Assembly: GCA_009103225.1 (NCBI GenBank) | Contig: RHPI01001719.1 | Span: 1 to 29,204 of the forward strand | Reading direction: 5' to 3' | Length of the DNA stretch: 29,204 bases | Origin: Chlorokybus atmophyticus | Lineage: Eukaryota > Plantae > Mesostigma and Chlorokybus algae | In this document: piece after piece, positions 1 through 9,966 of the stretch | Layout of the letters: every line of letters starts with the position of its first letter | Position numbering within the stretch: the stretch's first letter is position 1 | The notes under the pieces: model-generated | The model's input: only the letters and a program-made list of their open reading frames with translations | The model's database searches: none | Told to the model about the DNA's origin: nothing | Program-made: the position numbers and the translations under genes

Positions 1-68
1 AGTAGCACCCAGGTACCTACTTCAGGTTGCTTATAGTCCAGCTGCAGGCTGGGTTTATAGGCATCCAT

Positions 69-3000
69 TCAGTGTACATAGCCTGTAGAACAGATGTGCA
101 TAAGTGTATACAGTAATATATTGCCATCACACATGCAGTCGCATGCACACTCGCGCAGTGCACATAGTTGTCTGCAAGGCGCAGTTATCCGAACTGGTCT
201 ATGATGCAGACACACGCACTTCACAAACACGTGAATGCAAGTGCAAACACACTCACTTGCTGCCTGCTGTCCTGGCTTCCAATACATGCGATGTTGGTTG
301 AATTTCATTCGCCGTCCATCACTTCTACTTCTCTCAGTCCAAGCGCAGCTGCTTCTGCTGCTCCCTTGCCTTGGCCAGTCGAGCTTTGTTTTGGCTGAGA
401 AAGGGTCCTCCACCTGGTCGCTCGCAGCTGTGTTAACCACCCAGACGCCTAGCCTCCTCCCCCCTGCCTTCTTCAGGTAGTCGACTACCATATGACCGTC
501 GGACCGCACCTCTTTGACCACAACAACCCAAGGGGGTGGGTCAGCAGGATCTTCATCTGGGGGCTCATGCGGAAGTTTGAAGTCGAAAATGGACTTGCTG
601 TTGTGCCGCATCTCCAGGACATCGCCCTTTTCTGGCCACACCAGCAAGGGGATGTCGGCTGCAGTGACTCTCAACTCTGTGCTGTCATAGTCGTACGCCA
701 ATTGATGATTTGCTACATCACGGTTGAGCAACACCCAGAGCTTGCGTTGCAACTGGTCTCCACCGATGAGCGTAAACTCATCTGCCAAACGCCCAATGCA
801 CTGTGCACCAGTGTCTCTGTCAATCAGGTCATTGCCCATGGCATCACGCTTCTTGGTATAAGGCCGCACTTGCACATGGATAGTGGATTTCCGCCAATTG
901 AACAGGTAGATCTCATCCACCCGGCATGGTGCGACAGTTGGGTCCGCCATCTTCACGTTATCAACGCCTCTGCGTCTGCAAATACCAAAGGCTTTACTCA
1001 CTCACTTTGTATCAAGAGATCACAGTAGACAGTGCCTATGAGACTCTAGTAGACACTGCCTATGAGACACCTGACAGTGCCTATGAGACTTTCGGGCAGA
1101 GCAATAGAATGCGTAATTCGTAGACACTGGACAGTGCCTATGAGACTTTCGGTTAGAGCAATAGATTACATAATTCGTAGACACTGGACAGTGCCTATAA
1201 GACTTTAGGTCAGAGCAATAGATTGCAAAATTCGTAGACTATATCACACCTGTAGATGACCCCGTTACGCAGATACGCGCGGAACTTGCGTATGCCTCCG
1301 GGCAAGTTGCCAGTGATGTTCTCAACGCGCTTGATTTCCAAGGCCAAGGGTCCCTGAAGAGGGACAGGCTTCCTGGTGCTGCCAATAAGGATGCCCTTTT
1401 CTCTGATCAGTCGCGCATGCTCCAAGTCTGGGAATTTCTCAGCGAGGGTCCAGAGCTCCATGGCGTGCTTTTGAGTGCGCACTTCGTAATGACAGTCACT
1501 ACATGCTCCACTCAGAGGCTGGTAAACCTGCTGAGAGTGCGCCATTATATCATTAGCTCGGTGGCACAACAGCTTTCCAGTCCTCTGATCTTCTCGCATG
1601 ACGTTGAGCGTCCTCAGAAACCATCTCCTTAGTGTACGCCGCATGTAGCTGATCTCAAACTGCTTCCCATTGGTGAAGGTGTTGACATAGTTGGACACAG
1701 TGCGCTCTTGCACAAAACACCAGTACACATCATGACTCCCGTGCCAGATGATGTCCTCCAGAATGTGACCGGCACCGGCCACATGCTCGTTGGGCCTTTT
1801 GTTGGTGCCAAACAGGTCCTCCGAGTAGACCCTCCAATATTTCAAAAGAGCGTCAGCAAGTTCCAACAGCTCCGCAGTCCAGCCATGTAGGCGAGAGTTG
1901 TGGAAGAAGATGCGGATGAGCAAGTGAAGCGCAAAGCTGACGTCTCTGGTTGCTTCGTCTACCAGATCGGACACAGCGTATGGCACAGCATACTGCACGA
2001 ACATCTGCAAGTCCTGGGCCTTGAACCAAGCCAGGTGCTTGCTGATGCCTCTTGGGAAACGTTTGCTCTTCAAGTCCATGGGGCGTGATATGCGCATCTG
2101 AGACAGCCTGCGCTCCACCTTGGCAATGTCTTCGACATGCTTTGAACTGTCTGCACCCAGCGTACTGTGCACGAAACTTTTGCAAAGCCCCTCCAGCAAC
2201 AGGTGCATCGTGTCATAGACCAAGTCACGGCAAGGGTTAAACTCATACAGATGCCACAGCCGCCAGAGTGGAGATTTCCCTGTGATGCCGCACTCCATTG
2301 ATTTTTCTTTCCGGTTTTGGCCAACGAGTGAGTCCACCATGCACGCGTTGTCGAACGCATCCTTTGCTGCTCTCTCTGCTGGGGGATGGCGGCAGTAATA
2401 GCGATTGTCACCATAAAAATGGTCTGTACGTGTCCTCGTAGTATCTTCACCCTGCTCAGCACGCCGGGGCACTTGGTGCTGAGTGGCTTTGAGGAGACAA
2501 CGCCGGCAGGGGACGAGGCCTCCATTCTTAAACTGGCCTATCTCACATTGCGCTGGCTGGTCACCCGTCCATGCCCACAGCACTACCCGCAGCGTTATCT
2601 CTTGACCTGCAATGAAGTCAACATCAGTATCTCACAACCAGTCTGATAGAGACTGTAATAGGCCGCACTGGGCAGTGCAGCCTATGACAGTCTCATAGAC
2701 CGCAAGAAGGCAGATATGCTATAACCAAGTCGCAGCCACTGAACAGTGCCTATGAGACTTTAGCATACACAAAAATGGACTGCATAAGTTGTAGACTCTG
2801 GACAGTGCCTATGAGACTTGGGGTGATATAGGTGACAAAACATGTTATAACCCAGTCATTACCTGGTCGTCGATCAAGCACGCGGCTGTCGACATGATTG
2901 GAATCGAGGCCATAACGAACAGTGAAGCCGTTCAAGTAGAGGTTCTCCAGGTCACGCACCAGTGGTTCCAGAAAGGGCTCCAGACTGTCCACACCGTTTG

Positions 3001-4992
3001 GGAGCTGATCAGTGGGAACAAAGAGCAAAGGCATGACGGAAGACTCTTGTGAGGAAATGCGCTTCCCGCCATTGAGCACAGAGGCACTGACAACGGTGCA
3101 GCTGTGCTTCACAGTGGTTGTTGAGCTGAAGCCGTCGGCGTGGATTAGCAGGGCTATGTTGCGAGGGTCGCCAAGAGCTTGCTGTACCATCTGATGGTTG
3201 GTTTTGTGGCACCCTGAGCATTTAAATGTCACGTGATCGCCTGCGTTGTGATGCTCCAGATCGACATCCGGGATGTGGTGGCAGAATGCGCAGGACACAG
3301 GCAGCTTGATTTTGTGGCAAGGGTCCCAGAAGCTGCAGTGATGCTGCTTCTTCGCACCATGCCAGTACTCAGTGTTTGCAGCAGGTACTTGTTCCACAGG
3401 GACGTGCAACCACTCATCTTTGTGGCGCCATTCCTCCAGATAGTCGTGAGCGATTGAAGGGACAGCTAACTTGGCGCTGAGCCAGGCACCTATACGATTG
3501 TACAAGAAGTCGCAACATTCTTTGCGAACCCTGCCGCATCCCCCTCCGCACGGTGTGTTGCGAAGGCGATCAATCATTTTTTGCTTGGTCTCGCTCGTGT
3601 CCGAGTCTTCGTCATCTTCATTGAGTGTGGGATAAGGTGCATCAAACAAGTACTTGCATGTGGGACAGACGGTCAGGCGCTGAGGAACAGGCATGCCGAG
3701 CGCGGCCAACAGTTTATCCACGGCGGCAATGTCTGTCGGCAGCTCATCCGCGACAGGGCTGTGCGATATTGTGTCGCCTATGAGGCTGGCGATGTCATCC
3801 CGCAACTGCTCCTGTTCAAAAGGAACCTCCAAGGCCAGCTTGACCACAGAATTTATCTGGCCAAAGATGAGCTTCATAATCTCGTTGACGAGAGCAACCT
3901 GGACACCAGAATCTTCCAGGGCTGTCACAATCTTTAGGTAGATATCCAGCCACTTCTTCGTAGCAGACTCCGATGGTGGTTGGCTGGGCTCGAGAGGTTG
4001 ACTATGGGGAATAGGTGGTGCCCACCTGCTTGCGGCAACTGCCAGGTCAAGTGCACGGTGCGCCCTTGCAACTGCTTCGTCCACCATCTATGATGACAGA
4101 TCTTGGTTAGCACGCCAGCGATCAACACCAATCCACATCACCACGCTATCAAGAATCACAAGCAAGACACACGCGTGCATGGCTGTGTCATAGACCAGAC
4201 TGGCACTGTCCAGTGCCTATAAGTCCTTAGGTCTCAGCAAAGGAATGCATAAGTCGTAAACACTGGACAGTGCCTATGAGACTTTAGGTTAGAGCAATGG
4301 AGTGCATGACTCGTAGACACTGGGCAGTGCCTATGAGACTTTCGGTCAGAGCAATAGATTGCATAACTCATAGACCGCACTGCTTACCATGCCGCGGCAT
4401 CCACTGGAACTGCAGTTGCAGATAACTTGACGATTCTGCTGCTGCTGCTGCTGCTGCTGCTGGCTCTCCACATGATCAGATGACTCGTCGGCGAATGAGC
4501 CACCTCCAGCTTCAGCAGCCGGTGACAGAGGGGAATGCGAAGTGGATGGCTGGCCAGCGGTTGCAGGGGGGTGAGCAGCAGGCTGAGTTGCTGAAGCTGG
4601 CCTGCAGGGAGTCATATTAGGCGCTTAACAACTGCTGTCAAGAAATCTGTGCTGGCTGTGTCGCAATGAGGCTTGAAAGCTAGCTAGTGGGGGCAAGGAT
4701 GTTACCTGAGTGAGGGGTCTGCCTGCCCATCCACCTCCATGGGGGACGCGTTGTCACCAGCGAGGCCGCTATCAGCCAAAAGTTGGGACACCTCAGCTTC
4801 TCTGCGGGCAAGAGCTTGCTCTCTTTGACTCAACTCCAAGTCCTTCTGACGTAGGAGACCTTGCGTTGCGTTGACAACCAACTTGAAACGCTGCTTCCGC
4901 TTGCGCAAAGCTGCAAGATTGACTGCAGGTAGCTTGAGTCCGATAGACTGGTGGAGTCTTTCAGCAATATCAGCTGCTTTTCGGTCCGCCAT
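69..4992 (-). CDS. CACTA/EnSpm (CMC superfamily) transposase, Tnp2/Transposase_21-like, 6 exons, ~1271 aa
   Basis: Model: complement(join(69..82,257..975,1250..2606,2863..4087,4388..4601,4706..4992)), 3816 nt, all GT-AG and phase-consistent (e.g. DRRP-G-QEITLRVVLWAWTGDQPAQ across 2862-2607; NGVIYR-RRG across 1249-976). Tnp2-like motifs: RNIALLIHADGF, LEPFLEPLVRDLENLYLNG, GDQPAQCE..GLVPCRRC, YDTMHLLLEG, WFKAQD, H.LEDIIWHG..DVYWCFVQER. The start codon, the acceptor at 4088 and the last intron are less certain. Confidence 0.85.
1026..1240. repeat. ~57-bp tandem repeat array in transposase intron 976-1249
   Basis: Unit TAGACACTGGACAGTGCCTATGAGACTTTCGGTTAGAGCAATAGATTACATAATTCG at 1121-1177 and a near copy at 1178-1234. 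A further copy ends at 1120, and there are partial cores at 1026 and 1050. Confidence 0.95.
2660..2820. repeat. Diverged copies of the same repeat in transposase intron 2607-2862
   Basis: Core ACAGTGCCTATGAGACT at ~2743 and ~2802, plus a rearranged copy GCACTGGGCAGTGCAGCCTATGACAGTCTCATAGAC at ~2665-2700. Confidence 0.85.
4200..4376. repeat. Three 57-bp units of the same repeat in transposase intron 4088-4387
   Basis: Units at 4200-4256, 4257-4313 and 4314-4370 align with the units at 1121-1234. Confidence 0.95.
4436..4462 (-). repeat. (CAG)9 microsatellite encoding poly-Q in transposase exon 2
   Basis: Nine CTG units on the + strand; the minus-strand frame reads QQQQQQQQQ. Confidence 0.9.
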
Positions 4993-5100
4993 GCTGGGTG
5001 CATGCGTAGTACCCACGAAACCAGCTGTTCCAAAGGTTTTCGCCACCGCCGCCGCCGCCGAGACTGCAGCGCAAGCCCAAAACCCTAGCAAATGGACAGG

Positions 5101-5626
5101 GGACCATGCATGCCCAGTGCCTGCTACTCGTTTAGCATTGGCGCACGTGACCTTGGGAGCAACGGACCAGGTGAGATGTGTCGTATGCTTCCGACGTCAT
5201 TTTTCACTGTTGGTTATCATAATATATCAATGATCCAAAAGAGCTGTTGAGTTGTTGAGTGCTGTTTCGGTTTCGGAACCATGCATGGTCTATGAGGGCC
5301 GCTTGCAACCGTACCAGTGCAGCTTGGTCCCGCTTGTGAGGACATGATTGGTCCGTACAGTACATGCGTTCTGTGCCAGTGCTGCCCTGGCTCATAGGCC
5401 GCAGGGCATGCGACCAGCCTTGGTCCTACTGCTCAGGCCGCGTGCTGACCAGTGCTGTACCGGTCTACAAGCCGCGGGACACGCCACCAGCCCTGGTCCG
5501 GTCATTCGGACCATATCGGCGGGCTCCGGGGCCGGACCACCGGTGGTCCGATCATGCCGGACCAGTCGCGGCACTGGTACGCTACAACGTACCAGACGTG
5601 GTCTACGGGCTGCGTACGACTGGTCC
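5101..5626. repeat. Subterminal repeat field of the transposon (TGGTCC/GGACCA in both orientations)
   Basis: Eleven copies at 5101, 5164, 5325, 5349, 5421, 5494, 5508, 5534, 5544, 5559 and 5621, including a perfect 18-bp palindrome CGGACCACCGGTGGTCCG at 5533-5550. Confidence 0.8.
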
Positions 5627-5804
5627 GCGCGTAAAAAGCCCTGTGTATGTAAGTGCACAAGTCTACAAATGCTACCAAGCAGGTAAATAAGTGTTAGCGC
5701 CGCGCGCAAGTATGGCAATTCGTGTTTAATCTTGGTAATACCAAGCAAGTTGGTGACTTCATTATACGGGGTGCATGTGAAGCATACCAAGCAACGACTG
5801 CTGA

Positions 5805-6200
5805 CATACCGTGTTACTCGTATATCAGCCCCCCTATTACAAACCCCCTTGGCAAAACAGGGTGGGGGGCTTGTGTAAATACTCTTAAGCCCCGCTGGCT
5901 GGTTACACGCCCCCCACATAACTCAATGGGGGCTATTGTTCCCCGTGAGTCAAGCTTACACGCGTACTACCGAGTTACGCTATTGTGTGAGAGATTTCGC
6001 GCGCGTCATGTGTTGGGCTACACTTAACGCGGGCGATTGACACATTTGATATGATGAAAATTACTAGTACAGCAACATCGTCATACAAAGCTACGCAATG
6101 TCTGCCATGCCTATCAGATGTAATAGTGTAACTCGCGCCGAATAAAAGCCCCCATGGTGCAATACAAGCCCCCCCCCCTCTACTGCAATTGGGGGGGTAG
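5805..6200. mobile_element. Degenerate MITE-like remnants (possibly pogo/Tc1-mariner type)
   Basis: TACCGTGTTACTCGTATATCAGCCCCCC near 5805, GGGGGCTT/GGGGGCTATTGTTC blocks at ~5865-5945 and CGAATAAAAGCCCCC..AATACAAGCCCCC at ~6140-6178 are imperfect inverted copies of one another. No clean TIR pair or TSD was found. Confidence 0.3.
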
Positions 6201-6229
6201 ACTGGGGATATTTGCTGCAGAACTCTAGT

Positions 6230-7430
6230 TGGTGTTTATTGAGTGTTTTATCGGATGTCTACCTTTTTATATGTTAAATAACCGTGTAAAAGTATTTATG
6301 TCTAAAATCTAGATTTTAACTGAATATCTATACAAAATAGAAAAATGGCTAACTATGTTTAGTTAATCTCACATTTTCAAGTGTCTAACTGCCTCTATTT
6401 TAATTTTATATCTACTTACCGAAAAGTACTAGATAAGGGGGGGAGGCAGGCAGCCCAACGATGCAAGTATTAAGTGACCAAAGAACGTATTGCCGACTAG
6501 CTGGTCTGATATATCTGATAAATCTCGGCTTTCCCCAATTAAAACGGTTTGCCTGCATGATAGATAGGTGAACTTGTATATATTTGCATTTCTCTATATA
6601 GGTATCACTTTATGAATGCATTGCTGCCGGCCGCATGCGGATACTGTGTTGGAATACCCCCGCATAATTGTTAGGTCAACATTCTTAAAAAGATAACTTT
6701 TAAGAAAATCGAAGAATTGGGTAGGGCCTATAACTCAGTTGGTTAGAGTATACGCCTGATAAGCGTATTGTCAGTAGTTCAAATCTACTTAGGCCCAAAA
6801 TTATTATAAGATAGAATATATTGAAAAAAAGAATTTGCAATAGCAGGCTCCAGGTAATCACCAGATTATAGAGTTAGATTACGCTCTATCGCAGATCAGC
6901 AGATCCAGCAACATTCAGTACTGATTTGCGCGATACCTAGCTAACCCTGTATGCATGCAGTACAGTTACAGTGCAGACTTCAAAGAAAGAAGCAAAAGAA
7001 GCATCGGATTACCGAATACGGCATTGTATCCAGGTAATCGCTTAGATTACCGATTAGATCTCTTTTAATGGTAATCGCTTAGATCTTCTAGATTTTCCCG
7101 CAATGGGGGGCGAAGATATTACCCCCCGAATTGATTAGTTGCGCTCCAAATCGATCAGATTTCTCATAATGCAGCAATCAAGTTCTCATTTTGCAAATCA
7201 GGCTGCCTGCAGCGCCGATCGATAGATTACCCCCCCCCTCTAGCAGCGGTGTACCGATTGCAGATTTGGCTAGAGCAGCTACGCTAATCGATTACCTGGA
7301 TGCAGGCTTTGCGCTAATGCATTAAGTAATTTAATTAAGTAATTTAATAGCTTAACCAATAGTTGGTAGATTCCACCTCAATTTATGATTCTAATTGGGG
7401 TATTCCAATTGATGAATTNGATTCTTGCTG
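6230..7430. other. Organelle-derived insertion (probable NUMT)
   Basis: AT-rich block unlike its flanks, containing an organellar-type tRNA-Ile(GAU) and short dispersed palindromic repeats. Boundaries are approximate. Confidence 0.6.
6724..6797 (+). tRNA. trnI(gau): tRNA-Ile(GAU), bacterial/mitochondrial type
   Basis: Acceptor stem GGGCCTA/TAGGCCC plus discriminator A; D-arm ACTC-AGTTGGTTA-GAGT; anticodon stem TACGC/GCGTA with loop CTGATAA; T-arm AGTAG-TTCAAAT-CTACT. 74 nt, no intron, no encoded CCA. Confidence 0.93.
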
Positions 7431-7691
7431 ACTTTCGCTAAAGCTGCGTTGCAATTCACAATTCAAGTGCATACAACCCAAGCGGGCACCTGAAACTAGT
7501 GCACCATGTATCAGAAACAACAAAGCCATGCGCTTAAGCCGCTCTTGACCGTGATAGCTCACTTCTCAATGTTATGATTTGAAACAACGCAACACCTGCA
7601 ACCGAGCGAATAGCCTGCAAACTACTGTACAAACACAGTTGTGATGTTGCGCGCATATGTTACACTCCTACTTGCATACCCTGCTATATCT

Positions 7692-9127
7692 TCACCTTGA
7701 AGCATAGAGTAGCTGGTTGACAATTGTGATGGGAATGTCAGATATGTGTGGAATGGATTCACCATTGCCCGCTGAAGGCCTCAACGACTGTTCATCTGTT
7801 CATACCACAGTGCATTAGCTCAACCAGATATTAGAATCAACCACCGCACCATGTCATGTCACAGTCAAAGCAAGTTGCATTACCATGAAGGGTGTAGAGC
7901 GACTCTGGCGGGGGTGTTGACATCATGTTCAGGCTGTGGTAGATGATGACCGTGAAGACAAAGCACACCAACACATACGCCGGCACTGCCACGGCCCAGT
8001 ACCTTCGGATATTTACTTCTGTTTACAACATGCCACCACATAGAAGAGAAACAAACAAAAAGCAAAGTAGCAGGCCAAGTGCAATGTGAAACTAGTGCTG
8101 CGCCAGCGCAGGCCGGGTTGCAAGTAGCACACCATCAGCACATACAGTCTTTGTTCATGCCTGCATGCACGCGATTACTTGTGCGCGTTTGTGTGTACCT
8201 GGGCAAGTGCACACCATGCAATGCACGCTATGCACACCATTGGGACTTGTCATGACGACCACTGCTTACCATATCACAGAGGTGACCGCGTTGTTGTTGT
8301 CACTCGCAATCTGTTTGTATTGTACGGAACTGATCCGCCAATGGTTTTGAAGTACATGCATAGCTTAATTGCTTGCGTACATGTTGAATATCACGATGAA
8401 GTGTGCAAATGCGCAAGCTGCACGCGACTGTGGTTAGATGCAACTTACTTAGAAGGGTAATAAGTTATGCCCATGGCGCGAAGAGCGCCCTCTGGAAGAT
8501 AGGCCCATGCCACAAACAGCACTGCCAAAGAACCACCGCAAAGTGAGTCAGCATCCAGGCAACGCCACATGCATTGAACACATCTGTATTTGACTCCGGT
8601 TCATTGAGCACTTGTGTACTTGACTTAACGCAAGCGACGCAACAAATGCATGCATCTGGTATGGTACACAAATTGGACGCTAGAACAGCTACAAAGTCAC
8701 ATGCACACATGCATGGTTGCGTGGCACCAGCACCAAGCTTATCTGCGTGTTGTTCGTAATAATCAATGTCTCAACTGTGCATGCAGATCATCATACAGAG
8801 CATCCGGGCGGACTTTAATTCGCAAGCTGCAACACTTTCTTGTTCTATTGGCTCGCCTCAACAACCTCATTCGTAGCCTAATGTACCAAAGCTGACACAT
8901 CCAAGGGAGCCATGATGGCTGCTTCAGGAATGCAGTGGAACCACTACTGTTTTCCACCCACCCCATGGCCTAATCTGCATACCGTAAGCGACGACGGTGG
9001 TGATGGACCCAACGAAGCCGTAAGCCTCAGCAGGCTTGGCGCCCCGGCTAACGCCACCACCCTGGCCGGCCACAGGAGCACCACCCCTCGCCGCCTCCTC
9101 CGCCTCCACCACCGCCGCCTGAGGCAT
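7692..9127 (-). CDS. PIGP: GPI N-acetylglucosaminyltransferase subunit P (PIG-P), 4 exons, 146 aa
   Basis: complement(join(7692..7795,7884..8002,8449..8521,8983..9127)) = 441 nt in frame. It gives KPAEAYGFVGSITTVVAYVLFVAWAYLPEGALRAMGITYYPSKYWAVAVPAY...SIPHISDIPITIVNQLLY, matching the PIG-P pattern. The ORF track does not capture it intact. Confidence 0.93.
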
Positions 9128-9164
9128 GAGCTTGTCATACAGCAACGTTTCACTGCGCCCGCAC

Positions 9165-9172
9165 TAGGGTTT
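9165..9172 (-). promoter_or_regulatory. Telo-box (AAACCCTA) just upstream of the PIG-P start
   Basis: TAGGGTTT on the + strand, 38 nt upstream of the ATG at 9127. Short motif. Confidence 0.4.
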
Positions 9173-9966
9173 GGCGCCAAACTCAACCTTCCAGCATTGC
9201 TTCCAACGACAGTACCAACTCGCGGCGGATGCTGCGGAAGTTCAGTTCCAACCCGCACCCGTCCGAGACAAGAATCGCCAAGCGTTTCAGCTGCGTGACA
9301 TGACATGCGCGCCTCACGTGCGTGGAAACAGCTGACAAACCCTTTTGAATCAAAGCTTTCCGAGTGGTCAATTCAAAACGGCCCACTTTGGTCGCAAAAG
9401 TTTGGTGGTGACAATCATGACATGATGAGCACACCGCATAAGTTAATTTACTTAGTAGGTAGGCGCTAGAACCACGCGGGGTTGAGGGACCGACGCTCGG
9501 ATCGGTCGAACATCCAAACAAGAAATCCGCCGCGCAAGAATCCAAATTACAGGCCTCCAATGCGAATTTTTACGTCCTCGAAATGCTCGCAACATGAGAA
9601 ACGAAACGCATTCAGCACTCACTGTGTGACGCAGAGTGCGGCGTGAAGTGTGCTTTACTGTCCAGTTTCCGGGCCAACATTACGGCTGGTGCTGGTCCAG
9701 GGTGGCGCCACGCTAAGCTAGGCTCTGCGGCGCTTGTAAAGGAGGCGCAGGACGAAGCGGAGGTTGAAGGCGCCAGGTCGGTGGTGGTCTGCATTGGCAG
9801 CAGCGATCTGGCCCCGCAGCCGCACAGCTGCTCCTGCCCCTGCCCCTGCGCCTGCTGCTTGGTGGTTGCTGTGTTCTTGAGGCTGAGCATAGCTGCTCGA
9901 GTTCGCCTGCCTGCCGCGGTGTAGCTGGGGCTCTTTCTAGGCTAGGACGAGGAAGAGGCCAGCAAG

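Larger units (their letters stand above)
1..5645 (-). mobile_element. CACTA/EnSpm-type DNA transposon; 5' end in window, other end beyond the left edge
   Basis: Transposase gene, an upstream cluster of TGGTCC/GGACCA repeats, and a minus-strand terminus CACAGGGCTTTTTACGCGCGGACC at 5645, after which composition changes. The partner TIR and TSD are not visible. Confidence 0.65.

Noticed and set aside
1026-1240. Repeat arrays as a CRISPR array
   Set aside because: Units are similar along their whole length with no unique spacers, they lie in spliceosomal introns, and no cas genes are present.
5204-6027. ORFs over the subterminal region as a separate TnpA-like gene
   Set aside because: Overlapping GC-rich frames produced by repeats, with no protein motifs.
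6229-6312. Possible 3' end of a mitochondrial gene (LVFIECFIGCLPFYMLNNRVKVFMSKI*)
   Set aside because: Too short, and I could not match it to a known organellar protein.
9612-9924. ORFs 9612..9890 (-) and 9643..9924 (+)
   Set aside because: Non-ATG starts, low complexity and no motifs; best explained as GC-rich leader sequence.
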